Source of the DNA: Calditrichia bacterium
Lineage (GTDB): Bacteria > Calditrichota > Calditrichia > RBG-13-44-9 > J075
Direction of reading: 5' to 3'
DNA: 64,000 bases
Assembly (NCBI GenBank): GCA_028284905.1
Contig: JANQQU010000003.1
Location: 1 to 64,000 of the forward strand
Below the pieces are notes generated by a model that was not told the origin of the DNA, did not search any database, and saw nothing but the letters and a program-made list of their open reading frames with translations. Below, one piece after another: positions 11,158-20,969 of the stretch; the stretch's first letter is position 1; the number at the start of each line of letters is the position of its first letter. The position numbers and the translations under genes were made by a program.

Positions 11158-11912
11158 CCCTGTCCCACCATTCTAAAGAGCGGTAGATGAACAAGGGCAA
11201 CTGTAACGGTTACCAACGCATGCCGCATTGTTTGCCAGCGCTGGGCAGCCGCGGCGACAGTCTGCTCGGTCTGCTGCTTAAATGCCGCATATTCTTTTTC
11301 GCTGCTATCGAGTATATGCGCGATAAAACGGTAGATTTGGTCGAGCAGATGGAGGAAACGATCTTTCAGAGAAACTTCTTTCTTCGCTTTTGCCGTTTTC
11401 AATTCCGCTGATACGGTTTGGCGGTAATCCAATGCTTTCGGCAACAGATACATCACATACAAGCCAATGCGCAACCAACCCTGCAAAACGGTCTTCCAGC
11501 CTCTTTCCGATCCACTCAATGCCCGGTAATAATGCACCACTTCCGGTTTGTCCGCGGTATAAATCGCTGCAGCAAAAAGCAGGAAAATTAATACCACCTG
11601 ACTAACAAACAGAAACGCAGTTAACAAGCCATCATCGGTAATCGTAATATTGAGGGGAAGTTGCAGTAGAATTTTGCCGTAGCCATTGACGGCTTGCAGA
11701 ATAAACATAACGAATAAAAGCGCCGCAAAAAAATAACCCTGCCGGGGGAAGCGAAATATGGACACTTTTTCGAAACGTATTAGCAGAATAAGCAGTGTGA
11801 TCAGGGCGGTATTGTAAACCCAGTTCTGAAACCATACCGCAAATCCTAATAAAAATAAAGCTAAACAGAGTTTATAAACCAAATTTAACTTCTTCAAACA
11901 ATACCTGCACAC
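11154..11912 (-). CDS. Polytopic membrane protein of unknown function (possibly ECF-transporter T-component-like)
   Basis: 252 aa with at least 5 hydrophobic segments and no recognisable catalytic motif. Overlaps truA by 4 nt. Confidence 0.4.
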   Translation of the reverse strand: MCRYCLKKLNLVYKLCLALFLLGFAVWFQNWVYNTALITLLILLIRFEKVSIFRFPRQGYFFAALLFVMFILQAVNGYGKILLQLPLNITITDDGLLTAFLFVSQVVLIFLLFAAAIYTADKPEVVHYYRALSGSERGWKTVLQGWLRIGLYVMYLLPKALDYRQTVSAELKTAKAKKEVSLKDRFLHLLDQIYRFIAHILDSSEKEYAAFKQQTEQTVAAAAQRWQTMRHALVTVTVALVHLPLFRMVGQG

Positions 11913-12122
11913 TAATTTTAGACAGCTTATAATATAATATCTTTTCTCAGGAAGTCAAATCGAATAAGAATTGAGCGGAGGGCTTAAAACTACAGGGGAA
12001 AACAGAGATAGGCCGGTAAGAATTTGCCGGGGAAAAGTGGTGGTTATTAAGCGGAGACTTAAGGGGCTTGGGCCGGCAGTAGCAGTGAATTTTGCTTAAT
12101 TTTTTAGCCTCAGGAAAATCTT

Positions 12123-12791
12123 TTAGATCAGGCGTTCCTTAAGGGCTTTTGAAACCACATCGATTTGGGAATGCACCTGAAGTTTGGCATAAATGTTTTT
12201 TAAGTGCGTATCAACCGTAAAAAGACTGATACACAACTCTCCGGCAATATGCTTTTTATTCATTCCATTCACCAATAGCTGCAGAATCTCTTTTTCCCGG
12301 CCGGTAAGCCCATACTCTTTTTTCGGCTGGGAATATTGGGTGAACATTTTTAGCACTTTCGCAGCGATATGCGGATTCATTGCCGCACCTCCGCTGAGCA
12401 CATCAGTCATATACTGACAAATATTCTCCGAAGAAGCAGATTTGAGCAGATAGCCGGAAGCCCCATAGCAGAGGGCATTAAAAATATTATCATCATCATC
12501 AAAGACTGTCAGCATAACGCTTTTGGAAGCCGGTGACAATTGCTTGAAATGGCGAATCCCTTCGATGCCGTTCATCCCCGGCAAATCGATATCGATGAGA
12601 ATAATCTCCGGGGCAAAGCCCTCTTCTACAGCCTGAATTCCCGCCTCACAAGATTCATAGGCATGATTGCATTGTAACGATTCGCAATCGTTGATCAGTT
12701 CTTGAATCGATTCCCGGTAGAGTTCATCATCTTCGATAATCATTACGTTAATCTGGTTGTCCAAAGGCTGCTCTGCTGGTTTCATGGGCAT
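12123..12791 (-). CDS. Two-component response regulator, NarL/FixJ (LuxR HTH) family
   Basis: 222 aa. N-terminal receiver (VMIIEDDELY...ILIDIDLPGMNG) and C-terminal LuxR-type HTH (LTGREKEILQLLVNGMNKKHIAGELCISLFTVDTHLKNIYAKL). Confidence 0.9.
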   Translation of the reverse strand: MPMKPAEQPLDNQINVMIIEDDELYRESIQELINDCESLQCNHAYESCEAGIQAVEEGFAPEIILIDIDLPGMNGIEGIRHFKQLSPASKSVMLTVFDDDDNIFNALCYGASGYLLKSASSENICQYMTDVLSGGAAMNPHIAAKVLKMFTQYSQPKKEYGLTGREKEILQLLVNGMNKKHIAGELCISLFTVDTHLKNIYAKLQVHSQIDVVSKALKERLI

Positions 12792-12890
12792 TATCCTGAG
12801 TTATTAGCTATCAAGTATGGCATAACATACATAACTTTTCCAAAATTTTCCATACCCGGATCGCGGTATATTTTTTTCCTTCATTAATTT

Positions 12891-13053
12891 CCATTCATCC
12901 TGAGCTTGTCGAAGGGTGAATTGCTGCACGGCCTAATCATCCTTCACAAAAACGTAGGACATCTAACCTACCGGTTAATTCATCCTACAAAGTCCAATCC
13001 TCCTACCAACATCCTTGCAGTAAATCCCCCTTCGACGGGCTCAGGATGATTGG
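12891..13053. mobile_element. MITE-like element: ~25-29 bp imperfect terminal inverted repeats (CCATTCATCCTGAGCTTGTCGAAGGGTGA / TCCCCCTTCGACGGGCTCAGGATGATTGG) flanking ~105 bp
   Basis: Direct reading: left arm 12891-12919, right arm 13025-13053, about 22/25 core matches. Non-coding position between divergent genes. Confidence 0.5.
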
Positions 13054-13090
13054 GGGTGGTTTGGTCAGCATTTTCTTACTTTTTCCACCA

Positions 13091-13140
13091 TTTCAAACGC
13101 GGAATTTTTCCGCATTTCCCCGGAGTTTCCGCATTTCTCT
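13091..13140. promoter_or_regulatory. Perfect palindrome GCGGAA-TTT-TTCCGC followed by direct repeat TTTCCGCATTTC x2 (candidate operator)
   Basis: Seen at 13091-13105 and about 13097-13137, upstream of the outer-membrane protein gene and divergent from the LuxR-type regulator. Confidence 0.3.
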
Positions 13141-13211
13141 CTTTCGTGAAGCGCCAATCAACCAAACACTTAAACTATTGTTTTAAAATTACATACAAGT
13201 GTTTTTAAAAA

Positions 13212-13228
13212 GTTGGCACCATCCTTGT
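13212..13228 (+). promoter_or_regulatory. Possible sigma-54 promoter variant (TGGCAC-N5-TTGT)
   Basis: TTGGCACCATCCTTGTC lies ~50 bp upstream of the ATG at 13280. The -12 is TTGT rather than TTGC, the same variant seen upstream of hsp20. Confidence 0.3.
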
Positions 13229-13279
13229 CTTATACATAAGCGAAACAGAAACTGAAAAATTAACAGAGTGGAGTTTAGA

Positions 13280-13930
13280 ATGAAAAATTTACGTCTTTTA
13301 TCAAGTGTTATCGTCTTGCTCCTGCTGGCAAGCAGTAGCAGTTGGGCGAATAACTGCCGATCCAAGAGCGGCATTGGCTTCCGGGGAAATTACTGGAATA
13401 TGATTGATGGCCAGCAGCGAATTTATGTCTATAATGATGGCGAAATCAGCAGCGTTAATGTTGGCGGCTTTGGTGGTTCGCTGTTCTTTTTTACCCGGGT
13501 GCAGGAACAACTCTCTATGGAATTTACCCTTGGCGCACTCGCGGCAGTTGTAGAACACCGGGAATATTATCATTGGGAAGATGTGGAAGTGAATGCCGTT
13601 TTTCCGCTATTATTTGGCTTCCGCTACGATCTGATGTCGGAAAAATCCCGCAGTGCCATGCAGCCTTACCTGATGTTTGGTGCCGGGGCTTACATTCTCA
13701 ATGATATTTCCGTGCAGGAATATGATTACCATGAAGAAGAGGTATCCGTCAGCTCAGTCAGTCGCCCGGGTGTTTATGTCGGTGGCGGCGCCAACCTGAT
13801 GCTTAGCAACACTTTCGGATTTTCCTATGATATTAAATACCATTGGGTTGACTTCGATGATTCCCAATACCAAAACGGATTTGAATTCGGCCTGGGGCTG
13901 GTGTTCCAATGGGGCCGCTTCCGGAAATAA
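13280..13930 (+). CDS. Outer-membrane beta-barrel protein (OmpW/OmpA-like 8-strand barrel family)
   Basis: Signal peptide MKNLRLLSSVIVLLLLASSSSWA, alternating hydrophobic beta-strand pattern, C-terminal aromatic (FQWGRFRK). Paralogous to the N-terminus of the next gene. Confidence 0.6.
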   Translation: MKNLRLLSSVIVLLLLASSSSWANNCRSKSGIGFRGNYWNMIDGQQRIYVYNDGEISSVNVGGFGGSLFFFTRVQEQLSMEFTLGALAAVVEHREYYHWEDVEVNAVFPLLFGFRYDLMSEKSRSAMQPYLMFGAGAYILNDISVQEYDYHEEEVSVSSVSRPGVYVGGGANLMLSNTFGFSYDIKYHWVDFDDSQYQNGFEFGLGLVFQWGRFRK

Positions 13931-14099
13931 CGTTCAGGAACAAAATTGATAACTATGTTGAAAATTAACGATTTCCACTTTACGCATGCAGATGACCGGA
14001 TTAAATTATTAGGCAGAAACATATTAGCGCTTATTCCCATAAAGAAACGGTTAATGTCTCGAATAACTAAATTTTCAATATAGCAAAGCAGGTGAAAAA

Positions 14100-15761
14100 T
14101 TGCGGGTTAAGAAACTATTCATTTTGATAATAGCTGGCTTTATTATGACAGCACTACACAGCACATCACTCCTGGGACAGGGCATGCTTCGCTCTCACGG
14201 CCTGGGGTTACGAGCTGGCTTCTGGAATGCCGGGGGCGGATCACTCAGCCTTAGCGTGACGAACTCTACGGACCCCACGAACCAGGGCACACCGGCCGTC
14301 GAACTGGACGGCTACGTTGGTGGATGGCTGTATTATTTCTCCCGGCTGGATAAGGAATGGTTCCTGGAGTTCAACCTTGGGGGACTGAGCAGCGTTAGTG
14401 CCGCTACGGAAGCAAACGATTCTGTTTCCGTCGATGTGAATGCGATTGTCCCGATGCTCATTGGTATTCGCCGCTACATTTTTTCATTTCGTTTTCCTTC
14501 CCGGGTAATGCCTTATCTGAATGCCGGCATCGGCCCGTACTGGCAAAGCGCTATCGAAGTAGAGGACTCGATTGATGAAACGGAAACAGTATTTCTCGAA
14601 TCGAAGATGGACATGGGTGGATTTCTCGGCGGCGGTACCGATATCGCCCTGAGCAGCTGGCTCGCCTTGAATATGGATGTCAAATATCATTTTGTCGATT
14701 TTCAATCGAAGAATGTCAACAGCGGCGCGGAGATTAATTTCGGCCTTAGTTTTCGCTGGGGAAAACGTCCGCAGCTCTTTCGGGTGAAGGATACCAAAAC
14801 GATCACCGCGAATATTTACCCGGCATATTATCAATATTACAATGGCGCGCCGCTGGCATTGGTGACCGTGGAGAATACCGCTGGTTTCCCGATCGACATC
14901 AATATTCGCAGCCGGATGCATCCGTTCTCCCATCGTTGGAAAAACAGCGGCTTTGCCCGTCTGGCGAAAAATGAAACGAAAGATTTCACCGTGAAAGCAG
15001 TGCTTGGTAACGACATTACCAACGTGGATGAACATCAGCCGGCAGTGCTGGAGGTGCAGGTAGAAGGGAAAGGCGGCACCACTTTGAAGCAGGAAGTATC
15101 TTTGCCGCTCACCGTGCACTCCCGCAATTCCTGGAATGGCGACATGGATATGCTCTCATTCTTTTTAACCCCGGATGCCCCGGATATTCTCAACTTTAGC
15201 CGGGAACTGGTGCGGGAAACCAGCAAGCTCGATCAACCGTCGATTGGTAATTTGACCATCGCCCGGGTCCTTTTTGAAGAATTAAAGCAGATGGGCCTGT
15301 TGTATCAGAGTGATCCGAATATTCCCTTTTACAAGGATGACCGGGTGCAATTTGCCTCGGAAACCCTGCGCCTCGGTAGTGGTGATTGCGATGACCTGGT
15401 AGTGCTCTATGCTTCGCTCCTGCAAAGTCTCGGCATTAACACCTCATTCGTGCGGGTGCAGGATCCGGAAAAAAGTATCGCCCACCTTTACTTGATTTTT
15501 GATTCCGGAGTGCCGATTGAGCAAGCTGCACAAATCAGCAGTAATGAAAAGCGCTATGTTGTTCGGGAAACCCCGGAAGATGAACGCTTTGCCGGCAGCG
15601 AAGAACAAGCATTCAGCACCGTCTGGATTCCAATAGAAACAACAAAAATTCCGGAAGGATTCGAAGCCAGCTGGAATGCCGGCGCCCTGCAATATCTGCA
15701 GGAAGGTGTCGTTCGAAACGGCCTGCTGGAGGGTTGGGTCGAAGTCATTGATGTCGAGTAA
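14100..15761 (+). CDS. Fusion protein: N-terminal outer-membrane beta-barrel domain + C-terminal transglutaminase-like (Cys-protease fold) domain
   Basis: Residues 1-220 parallel the preceding ORF (DVKYHFVDFQ vs DIKYHWVDFD; FGLSFRWGKR vs FGLGLVFQWGRFRK). The C-terminus has GSGDCDDLVVLYASLLQSLGI...AHLYLIF...VWIPIETT, resembling the transglutaminase-like Cys/His/Asp core. Confidence 0.6.
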   Translation: MRVKKLFILIIAGFIMTALHSTSLLGQGMLRSHGLGLRAGFWNAGGGSLSLSVTNSTDPTNQGTPAVELDGYVGGWLYYFSRLDKEWFLEFNLGGLSSVSAATEANDSVSVDVNAIVPMLIGIRRYIFSFRFPSRVMPYLNAGIGPYWQSAIEVEDSIDETETVFLESKMDMGGFLGGGTDIALSSWLALNMDVKYHFVDFQSKNVNSGAEINFGLSFRWGKRPQLFRVKDTKTITANIYPAYYQYYNGAPLALVTVENTAGFPIDINIRSRMHPFSHRWKNSGFARLAKNETKDFTVKAVLGNDITNVDEHQPAVLEVQVEGKGGTTLKQEVSLPLTVHSRNSWNGDMDMLSFFLTPDAPDILNFSRELVRETSKLDQPSIGNLTIARVLFEELKQMGLLYQSDPNIPFYKDDRVQFASETLRLGSGDCDDLVVLYASLLQSLGINTSFVRVQDPEKSIAHLYLIFDSGVPIEQAAQISSNEKRYVVRETPEDERFAGSEEQAFSTVWIPIETTKIPEGFEASWNAGALQYLQEGVVRNGLLEGWVEVIDVE

Positions 15762-15797
15762 CATTAAATACTGAACTTTTAGAGAGATAGGAACAAC

Positions 15798-16508
15798 GTG
15801 ATGAAAAAGATTTTGATTAGCCTGTTTATGATTTGTTTGTCGCTGCAGCTGGCGGCGGAAACCAACGCGAAAATTGTCGCGATGGATGGGGATGTAAAAA
15901 TCCGCCGGGGCATCGAAGAGACCTGGCAGCCAGCTGGACTGCAGGTACTTCTGAAAGAGATCGATACCATCACGACCGGAGAAGACGGAGAAGTCACCCT
16001 GGCAATTTACGACGGACTGGAATTCCGCCTCGGTCCCAACGCAATCCTCGATATTGCCGATCTGAAAAAAGTCAGCGAACAGGAAATGTTCTTATTCCTG
16101 ACTCGTCAAAAAGTTGACCGCCTGAAAAAACGGGAAGGCAAGCGAAAGCTGCGCACGACTAACATTAGCGCCCCGCATGGCGAAGATAAATCCGCAAAGA
16201 TGAATGAGGAAAGACCGGTCGTTCAGACGCCCTGGGAAAGTGAAAAGAATGGCGCCACGGCATTGTTCTCCCAGGCATATTACACCAATGCGGTTGTGAA
16301 ACTACACAAGATTGCAACCCGCTATCCGCGTATTGAAAAGTGCAGTGAGTTTCATTTCCTCCTGGGCAGATCATTTGAACTGCTCGAGCAAAACGGACAG
16401 GCGATCGACGCGTATCGCGCTGCGGCATCTGCTGCTGGGGACAAAGACTGTGATAATCCCAAATGGGTAGAAGAAGCCCGCAAGGGATTGGATAGATTGA
16501 AGAATTAA
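15798..16508 (+). CDS. Secreted protein with FecR-like beta domain and helical (TPR-like) C-terminus
   Basis: Signal peptide MMKKILISLFMICLSLQLAA. GDVKIRRG...AILDIAD resembles a FecR domain. Confidence 0.45.
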   Translation: MMKKILISLFMICLSLQLAAETNAKIVAMDGDVKIRRGIEETWQPAGLQVLLKEIDTITTGEDGEVTLAIYDGLEFRLGPNAILDIADLKKVSEQEMFLFLTRQKVDRLKKREGKRKLRTTNISAPHGEDKSAKMNEERPVVQTPWESEKNGATALFSQAYYTNAVVKLHKIATRYPRIEKCSEFHFLLGRSFELLEQNGQAIDAYRAAASAAGDKDCDNPKWVEEARKGLDRLKN

Positions 16509-16672
16509 CGCATACTACAGGGGCTTTCTAAGCATCAGAAAGCGTTAGCAAGAGAATAAACACAAGCAGCAAACAACATCCGGCCGGAAAGTGCCACTCT
16601 CCGGTAACAGGATAGCTTTGTCTAAAAAATTCCCGTCAGCCCCGCTGCGGGAGAAAGAGAAGGAGAAAAATC

Positions 16673-17539
16673 ATGTATTCATTACTGACCTGGAAAAGAG
16701 CACTTTTTTACTGTGGTGTAATCCTCATCGTCTTATTTACATCCTGCGTTGTGGAACCTTATGACGACGATTATGTCCATAATTTACGTTACTCGGCATC
16801 GGAAGATTTTTCCTTCCAGCTGTCGCCGAACGACCAGACCCGTTTTACCCTGGACGCCATCAATGGCACGGTAGAAATTATCGGCCGAAGCGATCGCAAC
16901 ATCGTCGAGATTTGGGGTGAGCGGATTGCGGAATCAGACAGCCGGAGAGACGCCGAGAATTATCTTGATCGTCTCGATGTAGAAGTTACCCAGCGCACTG
17001 AGGAAATTTTTGTGCAAACACTGCAGCCGAATGATACCCACGGCCGCAATCTCATCGTGCATTATTTTGTGCGGATTCCGAAAAGTTGGGATGTCGAAGC
17101 CTATCTCACCAATGGCGAGATGACCATCAAAAACCTCACCGGCTATGTCGATGCAGAATTGACCAACGGCGAATTTAACCTGGAAAGTGTTGCTAATACG
17201 GTCGATATCAACATGACCAACGGTAATATGTTTCTGAATGACGTTCGCGGCAGCGTTGATGCCGATGTTACCAACGGTAATATCGATACCCGGATGATTC
17301 TCCCTGCTTTTGGTACTTGCAATATGAATACCGTCAACGGGCAGATTCGCCTCTATATTCCCGAAAGCACTTCCGCGGAATTTAGTGCGAACGTTACCAA
17401 TGGGACTATTTCGTTGAACAACCTCGATCCCCAGGATCTTCAGTCGACATTGCGCAGCAAGTCTGGCGTTCTCGGCAGCGGCGAAGGCGAAATTGATCTG
17501 AAAACAGTGAACGGCAACATCATCATTAATGGCTTGTAA
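16673..17539 (+). CDS. DUF4097-family putative adhesin (repeated beta-helical TNG/VNG motifs)
   Basis: N-terminal TM/lipoprotein-like signal. Repeated 'x-TNG-x-I' units (LTNGEMTI, LTNGEFNL, MTNGNMFL, VTNGNIDT, VNGQIRL, VTNGTISL, VNGNIIING). Confidence 0.65.
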   Translation: MYSLLTWKRALFYCGVILIVLFTSCVVEPYDDDYVHNLRYSASEDFSFQLSPNDQTRFTLDAINGTVEIIGRSDRNIVEIWGERIAESDSRRDAENYLDRLDVEVTQRTEEIFVQTLQPNDTHGRNLIVHYFVRIPKSWDVEAYLTNGEMTIKNLTGYVDAELTNGEFNLESVANTVDINMTNGNMFLNDVRGSVDADVTNGNIDTRMILPAFGTCNMNTVNGQIRLYIPESTSAEFSANVTNGTISLNNLDPQDLQSTLRSKSGVLGSGEGEIDLKTVNGNIIINGL

Positions 17540-17615
17540 ATAAAAATATTTATCCACATGAGGCAGCAGTTACCCTGGAGGGGGTAAGGACTATTTTAGA
17601 ACAGGAGAAGAAACG

Positions 17616-19946
17616 TTGAAAAAGTATCTGTTTAGTTTACTCTTGATAATTATGACCAGCGGCAGCGGATTCGCACAGGCAGCAGATGAAAGCTCCCTCA
17701 GCGGTTACGTCTATGATAATGCCAACAAGGAAGCACTGATTGGGGTGAACGTTTACATCGCCGATCTGCTGGTTGGCGCTGCGACAAACACCAGCGGGTA
17801 TTACATTATCCCGAAGGTGCCGCCGGGAGATTATACCATTATCTTCGAATACCTCGGCTATCGAACCGCTTCCCGGAAAGTGACGCTTGAAGCGGAAGAA
17901 GACAAAGTTCTCGACTTTTTCCTCAGTGAAGCTGTAGTGGAAGGGCAAGTCGTGCAAGTCGTTGCGGATTCGATTCGGGTGAGTGAAAAGCTTTATCGCA
18001 AACCGGTTTCCAATGTGCAGTTAAATGCCCGCCAGATTAATGCGATTCCGCAGGTGGCGGAGTCGGACTTGCTCCGTTCCCTGCATAGCTTACCGGGTAT
18101 TTTGCCGGTATCAGATTTTTCCTCGGCGCTTTACGTGCGGGGCGGTACGCCGGATCAAAACCTTTATTTGCTGGACGGCACCGACGTTTACAATCCGGAA
18201 CATGCTTTCGGGATTTTTTCCACCTTTAACACCGATGCCATTAAGCATGTGGATATTTCCAAGGGCGGTTTTAGCGCAGCCTATGGCGGCCGCCTCTCTT
18301 CCGTATTGGATGTGATCAACCTGGACGGCAATCGCGAGGAATTTGAGGGCAGTGCAGCAATTAGTCTACTTTCTGCGAAAACCACTCTGCAGATGCCCAT
18401 TGGGAACAGTGGGGCAATTTCCGGATCCATTCGCCGCACCTATTTCGATCAAACGATTGCCGGCGCCATTGATGAAATCCCCGATTACTATTTCTATGAC
18501 GGCAACCTGAAAGCATTTTACGAGATCGACAAAAAGAACAAACTCACCCTCAGCGGTTATGGCGGCCGGGATGTTCTTCGGGTCATTTTTAACGAAGACG
18601 CCAGCGAAGAAGCGGCATTGGAAACCGATTGGGGAAATAAGACCGGTAGCCTGAAATGGACCCGGGTGTTTAATCCGCGCCTGTTTGCCAATTTCTGGAT
18701 TACCGGCAGCCGTTTTACCGGCAACCTGAATCTGGGAGAAACGATTCCGGTTAATGAGCGAAATTTCATCTCGGACCTGACTTTCAAAGGAAACATGGAA
18801 TATCATTATTCCCAGGAATTCCTCGCGCAATTTGGCTTCGAGCAAAAAAATCTTCATGTCATATTTCGGCAGGATTTTCCCGGAGGCGAGGTTGATGTTG
18901 ACGAAAATGGCACTCACTACGTCGGCTATCTGCAGGGCAACTGGCGCCCGGGCAGCCGCTGGGATATTGAAGCAGGATTGCGCTTCAACGTCTTCAACTC
19001 TGATACCACTTATCGGAATGCCGAGCCGCGCCTCTCGCTCAAATATCGCCTGAATAAAACCACCAATCTCAAGCTGGCCAGTGGCGTTTATTATCAATAC
19101 TTACAGCGGATTCCGCGCTCGTTCGTTACGGATATTTGGGCGAACACCAATAGCTTTCAGCCGCCCTCGAACGCCCGGCATTTCATCCTTGGTTTCCAGA
19201 AAGAGATTGCTGAGAACTACCAGTTTGAAGTAGAAACCTATTACAAGGAATATGAAAATATTTATCGTTTCGACCCGAACTTCCTCACTAGTCTGGAAGC
19301 GGGGCGTTTTAATGACGATAATGAACCAGTATTCACTTCTGCCAAAGGTTTGTTCAACCAGGGCGATGGCGAATCTTACGGCTTCGAGATGATTCTCCGT
19401 AAGGATGTTGGCGCAATGACCGGCTGGATCGGCTATTCTTATGCCCGTACGGAATACAAATTTCCAAGTATCAACGATGGGGAAGTATTTTTACCGCGCC
19501 ACGATCGTCGCTCGACGCTCAATGTGGTTGGTAACATCGACGTGAAGAACCTGATTAACCACACCCAGGGGAAACCGTTCCGGAAGCATCGGGGCAACTG
19601 GCGGGTTGGCGTCAACCTGATTTATGCCAGCGGGCAACCGATTACCATGCCCGGCTCGGCTTATATTACCGGCTCGGCGCCGAATGCGAATAATCGTTTC
19701 GTCAGCTATTATCCGGCGGCGATCAACAATTATCGTTTGCCTCATTATGCCCGGCTGGACCTCAGTATTTCCTATAAGCGGCAATATAGCGGCTGGACCT
19801 TCTCTCCCTATCTGCAGATTTACAACATCGGTAATCGCAAAAATGTCTGGTTCATCGATTACGATTACAGCAATGGCATCAGCGATATTGAAACGATCAA
19901 TATGTTCCCGATTCTGCCGACCATCGGGGTGAACTTTACATTCTAA
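17616..19946 (+). CDS. TonB-dependent outer-membrane receptor with N-terminal carboxypeptidase-regulatory-like (CarbopepD_reg) domain
   Basis: 776 aa. Signal peptide, LSGYVYD...GVNVYI...TNTSGYYII CarbopepD_reg, plug domain, C-terminal beta-barrel ending in aromatic F. Confidence 0.85.
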   Translation: MKKYLFSLLLIIMTSGSGFAQAADESSLSGYVYDNANKEALIGVNVYIADLLVGAATNTSGYYIIPKVPPGDYTIIFEYLGYRTASRKVTLEAEEDKVLDFFLSEAVVEGQVVQVVADSIRVSEKLYRKPVSNVQLNARQINAIPQVAESDLLRSLHSLPGILPVSDFSSALYVRGGTPDQNLYLLDGTDVYNPEHAFGIFSTFNTDAIKHVDISKGGFSAAYGGRLSSVLDVINLDGNREEFEGSAAISLLSAKTTLQMPIGNSGAISGSIRRTYFDQTIAGAIDEIPDYYFYDGNLKAFYEIDKKNKLTLSGYGGRDVLRVIFNEDASEEAALETDWGNKTGSLKWTRVFNPRLFANFWITGSRFTGNLNLGETIPVNERNFISDLTFKGNMEYHYSQEFLAQFGFEQKNLHVIFRQDFPGGEVDVDENGTHYVGYLQGNWRPGSRWDIEAGLRFNVFNSDTTYRNAEPRLSLKYRLNKTTNLKLASGVYYQYLQRIPRSFVTDIWANTNSFQPPSNARHFILGFQKEIAENYQFEVETYYKEYENIYRFDPNFLTSLEAGRFNDDNEPVFTSAKGLFNQGDGESYGFEMILRKDVGAMTGWIGYSYARTEYKFPSINDGEVFLPRHDRRSTLNVVGNIDVKNLINHTQGKPFRKHRGNWRVGVNLIYASGQPITMPGSAYITGSAPNANNRFVSYYPAAINNYRLPHYARLDLSISYKRQYSGWTFSPYLQIYNIGNRKNVWFIDYDYSNGISDIETINMFPILPTIGVNFTF

Positions 19947-19975
19947 AGACAGCGACAAGTATTAAGGAGATACCA

Positions 19976-20884
19976 ATGAACCTGAAAACATATATCAAGA
20001 ATGGATTGCTGATTTTATTCTTCGCTGTCCTGTTCAATGCCTGCGGAGAAGGTACGGTTAACATCGATGAAAATCAGTATGAAGCGAAGATCGCCATCGA
20101 AGCGATTCTCGTTCCCAATCAGCCAGTAGAGAAGATTTACATTTCCCGTAATTTCCGGGTAAATCAGAATCTGCAACGCACCAACATTTTTCTTCCCAAT
20201 GCCGATGTCGTCTTGACGGACGTAGATAATGACGAGATCTATACCCTACAATTCGATTCGGATAAATTATGGTTTTATTATCCGGGAAATGACCTGACCA
20301 TCGGCTACGAACAGACCTATCGTTTGGATGTGACGGCAAGAATCGAAGGGGAAGTATTACAAGCCAGCGCCACCACTACCACCCCGAAAGCCGGTCTGGA
20401 CATTGTTGGCGTCAATTACGATACCCTTGCTTATTTTCAACGCAATGCCAATGACGAGCTGCTTTTCTTCGAATTGGCATTTCAGCGAGCGCCCGGCACC
20501 GATTTTTATTTACAAACCACCACGGCACTGGATGCCGAGGTGAGCAGCTTCGTTTACGATAATCCCTACGACGACTATACCGAAGAAGAAGTGCTGGACG
20601 ATCTCACCGATTTTAGTTACGAATGGGAGTGGATCCAGAACACTCCGATGACACCGGGCATTACCAATATGGAAATCTTCTGGTTCGATATCTGGTTTTA
20701 TGGCCGCTATGAAATTGTGGTCTATGCAGCAGATCCGAATTACCAGGATTTCCTACGCACCTACAGTGAAGTACAGGATGATGACGGCAACTTCCACGCG
20801 CCGGTGTTTCATATTGAGGGAGATGGCATTGGGGTGTTTGGGTCGGCTGTTGCGGATACGGTTTATTTGACGGTTATACCGTAA
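19976..20884 (+). CDS. DUF4249-family lipoprotein (partner of CarbopepD_reg TonB receptors)
   Basis: Lipobox LFNACG. Size, position immediately downstream of the TonB receptor, and sequence character fit DUF4249. Confidence 0.6.
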   Translation: MNLKTYIKNGLLILFFAVLFNACGEGTVNIDENQYEAKIAIEAILVPNQPVEKIYISRNFRVNQNLQRTNIFLPNADVVLTDVDNDEIYTLQFDSDKLWFYYPGNDLTIGYEQTYRLDVTARIEGEVLQASATTTTPKAGLDIVGVNYDTLAYFQRNANDELLFFELAFQRAPGTDFYLQTTTALDAEVSSFVYDNPYDDYTEEEVLDDLTDFSYEWEWIQNTPMTPGITNMEIFWFDIWFYGRYEIVVYAADPNYQDFLRTYSEVQDDDGNFHAPVFHIEGDGIGVFGSAVADTVYLTVIP

Positions 20885-20913
20885 TATATATAAATTGTGT
20901 ATGGGTAATTCAT

Positions 20914-20941
20914 GTAGAGACAGTTCATGAACTGTCTCTAC
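20914..20941. repeat. 28-bp perfect palindrome GTAGAGACAGTTCATGAACTGTCTCTAC (family copy 1)
   Basis: Perfect self-complementarity. Lies between convergent genes (DUF4249 / pspA), so it may act as a bidirectional terminator hairpin. Confidence 0.6.
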
Positions 20942-20969
20942 AATGTTTTGTTAATTAAACTTCGGAGCG

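Noticed and set aside
11913-12122. GA/GG-rich 210-bp spacer that looked like a possible tRNA/small RNA
   Set aside because: No acceptor-stem pairing, no T-loop (GGTTCGANTCC-type) or anticodon-arm pattern could be found. No flanking terminator.
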